Of a stretch of DNA of 41,564 bases, positions 1 to 8,698 are shown one piece after another. Made by a program: the position numbers and the translations under genes. Location: the sequence record SRR16203515_740; one strand, written 5' to 3'. The notes below the pieces were generated by a model that made no database searches, was not told the origin of the DNA, and worked only from the letters and a program-made list of their open reading frames with translations. The first letter of the stretch is position 1. Each line of letters opens with the position of its first letter.

Positions 1-1862
1 TTCAGGCCCATCTCAGCCCCTTCTTCAGCGGCAAAGCTGATTTGGGGCGGGCCTGTGTAATCCTCAGGCCACCACGCACCTTGGGTTATTTCTGTATCCT
101 CACCGGGGGCGGCGGCATACGTCAGACCACGATCCCCTTGGATCACCCAATGGTCTCCTGCGACCTCGGCGGCGGGTTTGTCATTGATCGTCGAAACAAT
201 CCCGCGCAGCATTGGAGCCTCTTCAAAATCGCTGACATTCTCATCCGCTTTCAATATCTCGCGGAATTCGGGCATTTGGGATTTCTGAATATCGACAAAG
301 AAATAAGACGGTGCAACGCCCGGGAGGTCTTGTTTAATGGCCTGTCTTAGGTTCCCATCAATTTGTCCAATTGAGGCCAAGACCGAAAGCCCCAGACCAA
401 TCGACAAAATGACGGCGGTCGCCCCTTCGGATGTGCCGCCAATCGCCGAAAGCGCCCAGCGTAACGTGGAACGCCCCTTGGACCAGCTTTGCAAACGATG
501 GGCAAGTTTGCGGATGGCGATGGCCGCGATTGACAGAATTGCCAATGCCCCAATCACACCCACCGCGGTCCATAGGGTCAGCGCAATTGATCCTGTGAAA
601 TAGCACGCAGAGGCAAGCAATATCGCCGTCAGGCTTACGGTTATGATTACGTAAACAGGGCGGGGTAGTCGCGCGGCTGTGCCGCCGCCGTCGCGAAACA
701 GAATTGCAGCCTTGATGTTTTCCGCACGCGCCAACGGCCAAATCGTAAAGATCAACGCGGCAAGTGCTCCGTATACCGTCGCTTCTATGATGGGGCGCGC
801 AAAGACGGTTAGCGTGATGGGAAAGGGAAGCATCGCTGACAAAAGGGGCTCAACAGCGATGGGTGCGCCGATCCCAAAAATAAGGCCGATTAATATTCCG
901 ATCGAGGATAATGTAGCGATTTGTAAAAAATAGGTTTGGAAAACCGTGGCGTTATCCGCACCAATACTGCGCAGTGTCGCGATCACGCTGGTTTTTCGGT
1001 CCAGATATGTGCGCACGGCCGAGGAAACGCCAATCCCCCCAACCGCCAAACCTGCAAGTCCAACAAGGATCAAAAACGACCCCAATCGGTCAACGAACTC
1101 GGCGATGCTTGGTGATGCCTCTCGTGCATCACGCCAGCGCAGGCCGCTTGAGGCCAGATCGGTTTCTACTGTGGAGGCAAGTGTGTCTAAATTCGTACCA
1201 CTGGGCAGTCTCATCCTGTATTTTGTGCTAAACAATGTGCCCGAGGCGAGGAGACCAGAATTTTCCAAATCTTTGGTCATCACGATGGTTCGCGGCCCAA
1301 GGCCAAAACCGTCACCCGTGCTATCTGGGATGTAGGTGATGACATCCGCCAATTGGAACGTCGCAGTTCCCAGCTTGAACGGATCACCAATCTTCAGGGC
1401 AAGGCGGTCTGCCAACAAACGCTCCATCACTGCGGGCGGGTGCCTGCCAGTTTTTTGAAACGCTGTGTCAAATGCGTTGCCAGACTGCAGTTTCGGGGTC
1501 CCATAAATGGGATAGAATTCATCAATTGCTTTAATTTGTGTCAGGCCACGTTCTGTGACGCCATCGCGTTCGACGACTGCCATGGACCTAAAATCAACGA
1601 TCTGCGAAATGGCATCGGCCCGATTTTCCATCCATGCGCGTTCATCGTCGGTCGCAAAGCGATAGGTGAATTCGGCCTCTGCGTCTCCGCCCAATAGGGC
1701 TGCACCTTCGGAAACAAGGCCCGCTTGAATGCCGCTGCGCACGGTGCCGACCGCAGCAATCGCAGTAACACCCAGTGCCAAGCAGGCAATCAGTATGCGA
1801 AACCCGCTGAGACCCGAGCGCAATTCACGTCGCGCAATTTTGCCAGAAACGCGCCAGCTCAT
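1..1862 (-). CDS. ABC transporter permease, FtsX-like/YbbP family (partial; C-terminus runs off the window edge)
   Basis: Not in the ORF track because there is no stop in the window. Hand translation from ATG 1862: [39 protein letters not shown]...LVGLAGLAVGGIGVSSAVRTYL...APSYFFVDIQ, open to position 3. ATGA overlap with the stop of the upstream ATPase. Confidence 0.9.
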   Translation of the reverse strand, partial: MSWRVSGKIARRELRSGLSGFRILIACLALGVTAIAAVGTVRSGIQAGLVSEGAALLGGDAEAEFTYRFATDDERAWMENRADAISQIVDFRSMAVVERDGVTERGLTQIKAIDEFYPIYGTPKLQSGNAFDTAFQKTGRHPPAVMERLLADRLALKIGDPFKLGTATFQLADVITYIPDSTGDGFGLGPRTIVMTKDLENSGLLASGTLFSTKYRMRLPSGTNLDTLASTVETDLASSGLRWRDAREASPSIAEFVDRLGSFLILVGLAGLAVGGIGVSSAVRTYLDRKTSVIATLRSIGADNATVFQTYFLQIATLSSIGILIGLIFGIGAPIAVEPLLSAMLPFPITLTVFARPIIEATVYGALAALIFTIWPLARAENIKAAILFRDGGGTAARLPRPVYVIITVSLTAILLASACYFTGSIALTLWTAVGVIGALAILSIAAIAIRKLAHRLQSWSKGRSTLRWALSAIGGTSEGATAVILSIGLGLSVLASIGQIDGNLRQAIKQDLPGVAPSYFFVDIQKSQMPEFREILKADENVSDFEEAPMLRGIVSTINDKPAAEVAGDHWVIQGDRGLTYAAAPGEDTEITQGAWWPEDYTGPPQISFAAEEGAEMGL

Positions 1863-2542
1863 TTGGTGACCTCTTGATCAATCATGCCATCGCGCAGGCG
1901 AATTGTGCGATCACAACGATTTGCCAAAACTGGATCATGCGTCACCAATATCAGGGTTGATCCGAACTGATCGCGCAGGGAAAATAATAAATCCATAATC
2001 GCAGTTCCGTTTGGACCATCTAGGTTGCCTGTTGGTTCATCTGCTAGCAGGATTTTGGGCCGTGCCACAACTGCGCGGGCAAGTGCAACACGCTGTTGTT
2101 CACCCCCGGACAGCTGCGCTGGATAGTGGTCATGACGGTGGGCAAGCCCCACAACATCCAAGGCCTCCTGTGCTTTGCGAAACGCGTCGCGCACCCCCGC
2201 CAATTCCAAAGGTGTTGCCACATTTTCAAGCGCTGTCATCGTTGGGATCAAATGAAACGATTGAAACACAATCCCCATTTGATCGCGTCGTAACAATGCA
2301 AGTTGATCTTCGCTTTGCCGCGATAGATCGGTACCCGATACGTTCACCATCCCACTGCTGGCGCGCTCTAACCCACCAAGAAGCATGAGCAGTGAGGATT
2401 TTCCCGAACCAGAAGGGCCAATTAATCCCAAACTTTCACCTGTCGAAACGTCAAGGGAGATGTTTTTCAAAATCTCAACTGTTCCAGCATTGCTTTCTAG
2501 GGAAAGATGTACATTTGATAGGGAAATAATAGGGGACGTCAT
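1859..2542 (-). CDS. ABC transporter ATP-binding protein (YbbA/LolD-like)
   Basis: Walker A GPSGSGKS, signature LSGGEQQRV, Walker [10 protein letters not shown]-loop VTHD. Start moved to MTSPIISL (2542). Confidence 0.93.
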   Translation of the reverse strand: MTSPIISLSNVHLSLESNAGTVEILKNISLDVSTGESLGLIGPSGSGKSSLLMLLGGLERASSGMVNVSGTDLSRQSEDQLALLRRDQMGIVFQSFHLIPTMTALENVATPLELAGVRDAFRKAQEALDVVGLAHRHDHYPAQLSGGEQQRVALARAVVARPKILLADEPTGNLDGPNGTAIMDLLFSLRDQFGSTLILVTHDPVLANRCDRTIRLRDGMIDQEVTK

Positions 2543-3239
2543 GAAACAATTCGGCCTTATAGTGAACTTGCCTTTCTCATATGGGCCTTTGGCAACTATG
2601 GGCAAGATGCTGATCGCATGTTTTCTGATCTGTGCCTCGATTGCCAAAGCGGATGACCGCATTGATGTTCTGATGCTGGGGGATAGCCTTACCCATGGGT
2701 ATGGCTTGGTTCCTGAAAATGGACTGGTCCCGCAACTGCAACGCTATGTGAATTCCCAGCGTGAGGGCGTGCGTTTGATCAATGCAGGGGTTTCTGGGGA
2801 CACAACCGCAGGTGGGTTGGAACGTGTCGCATGGTCAATTGAACCGGGATTGGATGCGGCTGTTGTTGCGTTGGGCGGTAACGATGTGCTGCGTGGAATT
2901 GCCCCCGAAGTTGTCCGCGCGAACCTGATGGGCATTTTGGACGAATTGCAAAAGGCCCAAGTTGCCCTTTTGGTGGTGGGCACCCATGCCCCCAACAATT
3001 ATGGCCCCGATTACAAACAGCAGTTTGACCAAATTTTTCCTGAGTTGGCGGAACAGTATGGTGCGCTTTATATCCCCAGTTTTTTTGAACCGTTCATCAC
3101 CGACGGCCAATTGGAAGAAAGTGCGTCCCAGTATTTTCAACCAGATGGCATCCATCCCAACGCCACAGGCGTGAAGATGGTCGTAGAATCAGTTGGACCA
3201 ATTTTTATGGAAATGATCACGCAGGCGGCCCCAAGCTAA
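2541..3239 (+). CDS. tesA: Arylesterase / acyl-CoA thioesterase I (GDSL-SGNH hydrolase, TesA-like), probably exported
   Basis: Motifs GDSLT, NAGVSGDTT, LGGND and DGIHPN. Hydrophobic signal-like segment ending SIAKA. Divergent from a ybbA/ybbP pair as in E. coli. Start uncertain (2541, 2598 or 2607). Confidence 0.88.
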   Translation: MKQFGLIVNLPFSYGPLATMGKMLIACFLICASIAKADDRIDVLMLGDSLTHGYGLVPENGLVPQLQRYVNSQREGVRLINAGVSGDTTAGGLERVAWSIEPGLDAAVVALGGNDVLRGIAPEVVRANLMGILDELQKAQVALLVVGTHAPNNYGPDYKQQFDQIFPELAEQYGALYIPSFFEPFITDGQLEESASQYFQPDGIHPNATGVKMVVESVGPIFMEMITQAAPS

Positions 3240-3307
3240 GCCGCATTTGATGCAACACTCTAAAACTATCCTTTTGCGCCAATATATAGACCTTGTACTA
3301 TATTCAT

Positions 3308-3452
3308 CCTGCGCCTGAATGCAGGCATTCTACAGGGGCATCAAATGCGATGCGTCGCGAGTATATTTTTGTGTTTGCAGGTAACGAGTATGCGCATCGC
3401 GCATTTGACGAGTATTGCAGGGGAAAAGAGGGTTTCGGCCCTCTTTTTCTTT
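3308..3452 (+). ncRNA. Candidate small RNA or structured leader (family not recognised)
   Basis: TTGCGC-N16-TACTAT promoter-like element (3274-3301), hairpin 3313-3326, 14-bp bulged stem 3341-3354/3393-3408, and an intrinsic terminator at the end. Confidence 0.5.
3424..3452 (+). terminator. Rho-independent terminator
   Basis: AAAAGAGGGT-TTCG-GCCCTCTTTT stem-loop (UUCG loop) with T-rich tail TTTTTCTTT. Confidence 0.85.
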
Positions 3453-3503
3453 GGCGCTTGGTGCGGATCGCGGTAGCCTGTCCAAAAAATGGTCGAGGAC
3501 ATC

Positions 3504-4391
3504 ATGCGTATCGCAACGGCGGCTTATCCAATTACTTGGTTACATTCTTGGGACGAATATGAACAAAAACTAGATCACTGGGTCGCGGACGCTGCTGATA
3601 ACGGGGCCGAGTTTTTGGTTTTTCCTGAATATGCGTCGATGGAACTGTCATCGCTTGCAGGAGAGGAACGTGCCGCAAAAATGGAAACCGCGCTGTCATC
3701 GGTTTCAGATGTATTTGATCGGATTTGCGAGACATATGTGAACCTTGCAAAACGATATGGCGTCTACATTTTATCAGGCAGCGCGCCTGTGTGGGACGAT
3801 GGCCGTTATGTAAACCGTTTGGGTGTTTTTGATCCAAGTGGCGCCTATATCCTGCAGGATAAACAAATCATGACCCGTTTTGAACGTGAAGAATGGTGTG
3901 TTGAACATGGAAATCCGCTTAATGTCATCGAAACGGATCTGGGGCGATTTGGCATTCTTATCTGTTATGACAGTGAGTTTCCGAAATTAGGCCGCGCGTT
4001 AAAGGATGTGGATGTGCTGTTGGTCCCATCCTGCACCGAAGCGATGCATGGATATTGGCGCGTTCGCATTGGTGCAATGGCGCGTGCGTTGGAAAATCAA
4101 TGTGTATCTGTCATGTCCTCCCTGCTCAGCGATGAGGCCCGCTTTAACGGAGTGGATGAGGCAACGGGAACGGGCGGGGTTTTCGGCCCCCCTGATCGTG
4201 GGTTTCCCGCCGATGGTGTAATGGCCTTGGGTGAAATTGGAACACCCGGATGGACCTATTGCGACATCGATCTGGATGCGATCAAAGCGGTGCGCAAAGA
4301 CGGGGTTGTTTTAAACCGAACCCACTGGAGCGAACAAGATATGCGTGATCTATCTGTCTCTGTTGCCACAGTTTCAAATGAATCCTCTTGA
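3504..4391 (+). CDS. Carbon-nitrogen hydrolase (nitrilase/amidase superfamily)
   Basis: Glu-Lys-Cys triad in FPEY, QDKQ and ICYDSEFP, plus ARALENQ. GAGGA SD before ATG 3504. Confidence 0.9.
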   Translation: MRIATAAYPITWLHSWDEYEQKLDHWVADAADNGAEFLVFPEYASMELSSLAGEERAAKMETALSSVSDVFDRICETYVNLAKRYGVYILSGSAPVWDDGRYVNRLGVFDPSGAYILQDKQIMTRFEREEWCVEHGNPLNVIETDLGRFGILICYDSEFPKLGRALKDVDVLLVPSCTEAMHGYWRVRIGAMARALENQCVSVMSSLLSDEARFNGVDEATGTGGVFGPPDRGFPADGVMALGEIGTPGWTYCDIDLDAIKAVRKDGVVLNRTHWSEQDMRDLSVSVATVSNESS

Positions 4392-4466
4392 AAATTTTCA
4401 AAAATAGATACATTTAGCGCCAGGTGCAATATACTGCGCACCACGTAACAATATGTAGGAGAGACT

Positions 4467-4685
4467 ATGGCCAAGGAAGAATTGCTCGAATTTCCAGGTG
4501 TCGTTAAGGAACTCTTGCCAAATGCGACGTTTCTGGTCGAGCTTGAAAATGGCCATGAGATCAACGCACATATGGCAGGAAAAATGCGCAAAAACCGTAT
4601 TCGGGTTTTGGCAGGCGACCGCGTTCAGGTGGAAATGACACCTTATGACCTGACCAAAGGTCGGATCAATTATCGCTTCAAGTAA
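4467..4685 (+). CDS. infA: Translation initiation factor IF-1
   Basis: 72 aa, [22 protein letters not shown]...[42 protein letters not shown]. Confidence 0.99.
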   Translation: MAKEELLEFPGVVKELLPNATFLVELENGHEINAHMAGKMRKNRIRVLAGDRVQVEMTPYDLTKGRINYRFK

Positions 4686-5261
4686 GTGAAACTTGTTCTT
4701 GGATCAGGCAGCCCGCGGCGAAAAGAGCTGTTGGGGCAACTTGGTGTGCATATTGATGATGTGCGCCCGCCTGATGTGGACGAAACTCCATTGGCTGGGG
4801 AACTACCGCGCAATTATTGCAATCGTGTGACGCGGTCAAAAGTGGACGCCATCACACTTGGCGCGGATGAGGTTGCCTTGTGCGGCGATACGACAGTTGC
4901 GCTTGGTCGTCAGATTTTGGGTAAACCCGCCGATGCGGACGAGGCACGCGCGTTTTTGCATAAAATGTCAGGTCGTCGCCATCGTGTCATCACGTCAGTT
5001 GCTGTGAAAAAGGCGGAAACGATCTGGCAAAAAGACTGCGTAAGTATCGTCAAAATGAAGGTGCTTAGCGCCGCAGAAATTGACACTTATCTTTCCACAG
5101 GCGATTGGAAGGGCAAAGCAGGCGGATATGGTATCCAAGGTCCCGCAGGGGCGTTTGTGCCATGGATCAGCGGATCCTATTCTGCAATCATGGGTTTGCC
5201 TGTGGCGGAAACCTATGCGCTGTTAAACGCGGCTGGCATTTCAACATTCGGAGCGACATGA
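4686..5261 (+). CDS. maf: Maf family nucleoside triphosphate pyrophosphatase
   Basis: [36 protein letters not shown] start abuts the infA stop. Confidence 0.95.
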   Translation: MKLVLGSGSPRRKELLGQLGVHIDDVRPPDVDETPLAGELPRNYCNRVTRSKVDAITLGADEVALCGDTTVALGRQILGKPADADEARAFLHKMSGRRHRVITSVAVKKAETIWQKDCVSIVKMKVLSAAEIDTYLSTGDWKGKAGGYGIQGPAGAFVPWISGSYSAIMGLPVAETYALLNAAGISTFGAT

Positions 5262-6265
5262 TGAAAGGACGTCAAATCCTTCTGGATCATATGAATGACC
5301 GTCAGGTGGCAGCACTTGTCGAGGATGGCAAGCTGCAGGATTTGTTTTTGGAAACGGATTTGCCTGCACCTGGTACGGTTTATCGTGCCGTCGCGGATCG
5401 CCCTGTAAAGGGGCAAGGGGGCATGTTTTTGAAAACCCCAGATGGCCCCGCGTTTTTGCGTCAGGTCAAAGGATTAGCGCCGGGTCAAACCCTATTGGTG
5501 CAGGTCAGCGGTTTTGCAGAAGCGGGCAAAGCCATTCCAGTGACGTCAAAGCTGTTGTTCAAAAGCCGGTATGTCATAGTCACACCAGATGCACCTGGGT
5601 TGAACATATCCCGCAGTATCAAGGATGATGATCGTCGTGATGCCCTGCTGCAGATTATTCGTGAAGGGTTAGACCCATTCGAATATGGTATGATTTTGCG
5701 GTCCAGTTGTGCTGATGCAGACGATGAAGACATTTTGGACGATGCGCAAAACATGCTGGGTCTTGCCAGTGCCGTTATGGCCGATCAGGATGGGGCGCCA
5801 GAGCTGTTGGTTGAGGCGGATACCCCCCACACATTAGGCTGGCGTGAATGGACGGCCTCAGCTGATGTTGTGACCGAGGCAGGGTGTTTTGAAACGCATG
5901 GTGTTTTGGACATGATTGAGGATTTGAAATCCCCCGCCGTGCGCATTGATGGCGGGCATTATTACATGGAACCCACGCGCGCTTTTGTCACCGTTGATGT
6001 AAATACGGGCAAAGATACCTCGCCCGCTGCGGGTATAAAGGCGAATATTGCCATGGCCCGCGATTTACCGCGCCAATTGCGGTTGCGCGGTTTGGGCGGC
6101 CAGATCGTGATTGATCCCGCCCCAATGCCGAAGAAAGACCGCAAGACAGTGGAAAGCGCCCTTAAGGCCGCGCTGCGCAAAGACTCTGTAGAAACGAATT
6201 TTGTTGGTTGGACAACCATGGGCCTGATCGAGCTGCAACGCGCAAGGGTACGCGTTCCGTTTTAG
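5258..6265 (+). CDS. Ribonuclease E/G family protein (short form)
   Basis: DVNTG and [14 protein letters not shown] catalytic-region motifs, [13 protein letters not shown] overlap with maf. Usual infA-maf-rng order. Confidence 0.88.
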   Translation: MMKGRQILLDHMNDRQVAALVEDGKLQDLFLETDLPAPGTVYRAVADRPVKGQGGMFLKTPDGPAFLRQVKGLAPGQTLLVQVSGFAEAGKAIPVTSKLLFKSRYVIVTPDAPGLNISRSIKDDDRRDALLQIIREGLDPFEYGMILRSSCADADDEDILDDAQNMLGLASAVMADQDGAPELLVEADTPHTLGWREWTASADVVTEAGCFETHGVLDMIEDLKSPAVRIDGGHYYMEPTRAFVTVDVNTGKDTSPAAGIKANIAMARDLPRQLRLRGLGGQIVIDPAPMPKKDRKTVESALKAALRKDSVETNFVGWTTMGLIELQRARVRVPF

Positions 6266-6271
6266 CATAGA

Positions 6272-6292
6272 CACGCGAACAGTGTTCGCGTG
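6272..6292. terminator. Hairpin between convergent RNase E/G and leuA genes (possible terminator or 3' stabiliser)
   Basis: CACGCGAAC-AGT-GTTCGCGTG perfect 9-bp inverted repeat; no clear U-tract. Confidence 0.5.
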
Positions 6293-6330
6293 CCATCTAA
6301 GTCTGAAAACTAAAGTTACGGTAGTCTAAA

Positions 6331-7899
6331 TTAAGACACGTCTTTCCAGTTCACTTCACGCTGGTCTTCGCCCAGACGACCGCGGCGGACGTATAGGCGG
6401 TTTAGCGCATTCAGATAGGCTTTGGCGCTTGCCACAACCGTATCTGTGTCGGCCGATTGGCCCGTGGCGATATTTCCGTCCTCTTCCATGCGGACGCTGA
6501 CGGTGGCTTGGGCGTCTGTGCCTTCGGTCACGGCGTGCACTTGGTACAACTGCAAACGGGCTTTGTGTCCGTAAAGCGCCTTTACCGCGTTGAAAGTTGC
6601 GTCAACGGGTCCGTCGCCTGTGGCGGTTGTGGAAACTTCTTCCCCGCCAATGACCAATGTCATTTCTGCGGTTTGTGGTTCACCCGTTCCGCAGACCACG
6701 CGTAATGATTTCAACGTAATGTGATCATTTTCCGCATCTTCGCCCGCACGCATCAATGCGATTAGGTCTTCGTCATAGACCTCTTTCTTGCGATCTGCCA
6801 ATTCCTTGAAACGGACAAACACGTCCTTTAGCTGATTGTCGGCCAACACATATCCCAAATCTTCCAATTTAGAGCGTAGGGCCGCACGGCCAGAGTGTTT
6901 GCCCATAACCAAGTTTGTCTCAGACAGGCCGACATCCTCGGGGCGCATAATTTCAAAGGTTTCTGCGTTTTTCAGCATGCCATCTTGGTGAATGCCGCTT
7001 TCATGGGCAAAGGCGTTTTTACCAACGATTGCTTTGTTAAACTGCACGGGGAAGCCCGAAACCGATGCAACGCGGCGTGAAATGTTCATGATCTTGGTTG
7101 TGTCGATGCCTGTGAAATAGGGCATGATATCGCCGCGCACTTTCAATGCCATGACTACTTCTTCTAAAGCTGTGTTGCCCGCGCGTTCGCCAAGCCCGTT
7201 GATGGTACATTCGATTTGACGCGCACCACCTTCGACGGCCGCCAATGAATTTGCTGTCGCCATCCCAAGGTCATTGTGACAATGCGTTGCAAAGATGATG
7301 TCATCCGCACCTGGAACCTTTTCAATCAACATGCGGATCAAATCAGCGCTTTCAACAGGGGCTGTGTATCCCACGGTATCGGGGATGTTGATTGTTGTTG
7401 CCCCAGCCTTGATCGCGATTTCAACAACACGGCAAAGATAGTCATGTTCAGTGCGTGTGGCATCCATGGGCGACCATTGGATGTTGTCACACAAATTGCG
7501 CGCATGCGTCACTGTCTCGTGAATACGCTCTGCCATTTGATCCTGATCCAGATTTGGGATCGCGCGGTGCAATGGCGATGTGCCGATAAATGTGTGGATG
7601 CGCGGGCGTTCCGAATTGCGCACGGCCTCCCAACAGCGATCAATATCGCCGAAATTTGCACGCGCTAGGCCGCAGATTACGGAATTCTTACTGCGATTTG
7701 CGATTTCGGAGACTGCACGGAAATCGCCCTCTGATGCGATGGGAAAACCAGCCTCGATAATATCAACGCCCATGTCGTCCAAAAGCTCTGCAATCTCAAG
7801 CTTTTCTGCATGCGTCATTGTTGCACCTGGGGATTGTTCACCGTCGCGCAACGTCGTGTCAAAGATCACCACGCGGTCTTTGTTGTCGGATTGTGTCAT
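6331..7899 (-). CDS. leuA: 2-isopropylmalate synthase
   Basis: DTTLRDGEQ, HCHNDLG, GLGERAGN, AFAHESGIHQDG and a C-terminal regulatory domain (GDGPVDA). Confidence 0.98.
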   Translation of the reverse strand: MTQSDNKDRVVIFDTTLRDGEQSPGATMTHAEKLEIAELLDDMGVDIIEAGFPIASEGDFRAVSEIANRSKNSVICGLARANFGDIDRCWEAVRNSERPRIHTFIGTSPLHRAIPNLDQDQMAERIHETVTHARNLCDNIQWSPMDATRTEHDYLCRVVEIAIKAGATTINIPDTVGYTAPVESADLIRMLIEKVPGADDIIFATHCHNDLGMATANSLAAVEGGARQIECTINGLGERAGNTALEEVVMALKVRGDIMPYFTGIDTTKIMNISRRVASVSGFPVQFNKAIVGKNAFAHESGIHQDGMLKNAETFEIMRPEDVGLSETNLVMGKHSGRAALRSKLEDLGYVLADNQLKDVFVRFKELADRKKEVYDEDLIALMRAGEDAENDHITLKSLRVVCGTGEPQTAEMTLVIGGEEVSTTATGDGPVDATFNAVKALYGHKARLQLYQVHAVTEGTDAQATVSVRMEEDGNIATGQSADTDTVVASAKAYLNALNRLYVRRGRLGEDQREVNWKDVS

Positions 7900-7920
7900 C
7901 TGAGTTCTCTTTTTCTATGT

Positions 7921-8006
7921 CTACTAAGCGGTGTCATGTTGGTGCGCTCTGCTGTCTCCTCTGAGCGGACGCACCGGATATGGCACGCTCAGAGGCTGCT
8001 TAGTAG
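7921..8006 (-). promoter_or_regulatory. leuA leader attenuator RNA structure
   Basis: Complementary pairs 7998-8006/7921-7929 (9 bp), 7986-7995/7958-7967 (10 bp) and 7970-7975/7941-7946 (6 bp, crossing). Confidence 0.75.
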
Positions 8007-8069
8007 GAGGCCGAGCGCCAGTGGACCCAAAAGGGTTTGACGCGGTGATATGGCACTAGAATGCATCAT
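7989..8069 (-). CDS. leuL: leuA leader peptide (26 aa, MMHSSAISPRQTLLGPLALGLLLSSL)
   Basis: Hand-translated. 8 Leu among the last 14 codons, including CTC-CTA-CTA. Ends about 90 nt upstream of leuA. Confidence 0.85.
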   Translation of the reverse strand: MMHSSAISPRQTLLGPLALGLLLSSL

Positions 8070-8124
8070 GGATGCGACTATAGCCAAGAAATTCGAAATG
8101 AAAAGAGATGGAATCTACAAAATA

Positions 8125-8343
8125 TCATGCTTCGCGGGCGGCTCGGCGCAGTTTAAACGCGCGGCGAAATCTGGCAACGCGATGTTCCCTGCCGCGTTCG
8201 GTAAGATATTCTTCGATATTGCGACGATAGACCAAAACATTTTTGCGATCACGATTGCGTTGGTAAAATTCCGATTGCGTCAGCGTGCCTTTGATTGCGC
8301 CTGACATGATTGGTTTTAATTGATCCATGCGGCGCAAAACCAT
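8125..8343 (-). CDS. Small basic hypothetical protein or gene remnant
   Basis: 72-aa ATG ORF filling the gap between the leu leader and slyX. No recognisable motif and no clear SD. Confidence 0.35.
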   Translation of the reverse strand: MVLRRMDQLKPIMSGAIKGTLTQSEFYQRNRDRKNVLVYRRNIEEYLTERGREHRVARFRRAFKLRRAAREA

Positions 8344-8403
8344 TGCATTTTCAGGGCAGAGGGTTCAATGCATTGGTAAATCTCTGTGCGAAAGGATGCC
8401 CGA

Positions 8404-8625
8404 ATGGATCAAAATGGTCACGATGTTGATCGTCGCCTTGTGGATTTGGAAACAGCACTGGCACATCATATTAAGGTGAATGATGAACTGTCGGATATTG
8501 TCGCCGACCAATCCAAGCGGATTGAGGCGCTTGAACGTCGCGTCGGGATGTTGATGCAACGCGAGGCGGACCGCGAAAGCGAAGGCATTGAATACGTGGC
8601 CGATCAACGCCCACCCCATTGGTGA
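8404..8625 (+). CDS. slyX: SlyX family protein
   Basis: Coiled-coil RLVDLETALAH...ELSDIVADQ with C-terminal RPPHW. AAGGA SD. Confidence 0.9.
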   Translation: MDQNGHDVDRRLVDLETALAHHIKVNDELSDIVADQSKRIEALERRVGMLMQREADRESEGIEYVADQRPPHW

Positions 8626-8698
8626 AATCGAAAGGCCATTGTCAGATGCCGCCTCGTTTACTAAGCTGCGCACAACCTTAGAAAAAATGCAGGCAACC

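Noticed and set aside
42..1789. Many short ORFs in the track at the window start
   Set aside because: They are shadows of the long minus-strand permease frame (1862 to the edge), which the track omits because it has no stop.
3308..3452. ANTAR (AmiR-type) antitermination leader for the nitrilase-family gene
   Set aside because: I could not find the paired hexaloop hairpins with A1/G4, and no ANTAR protein is encoded in the window.
3293..3562. 89-aa ORF across the tesA-nitrilase gap
   Set aside because: TTG start without SD, runs through a strong terminator and overlaps the nitrilase start.
4388..4401. TTGAAAATTTTCAA palindrome upstream of infA
   Set aside because: Low-complexity AT palindrome overlapping a stop codon and a likely -35 element; no regulator can be assigned.
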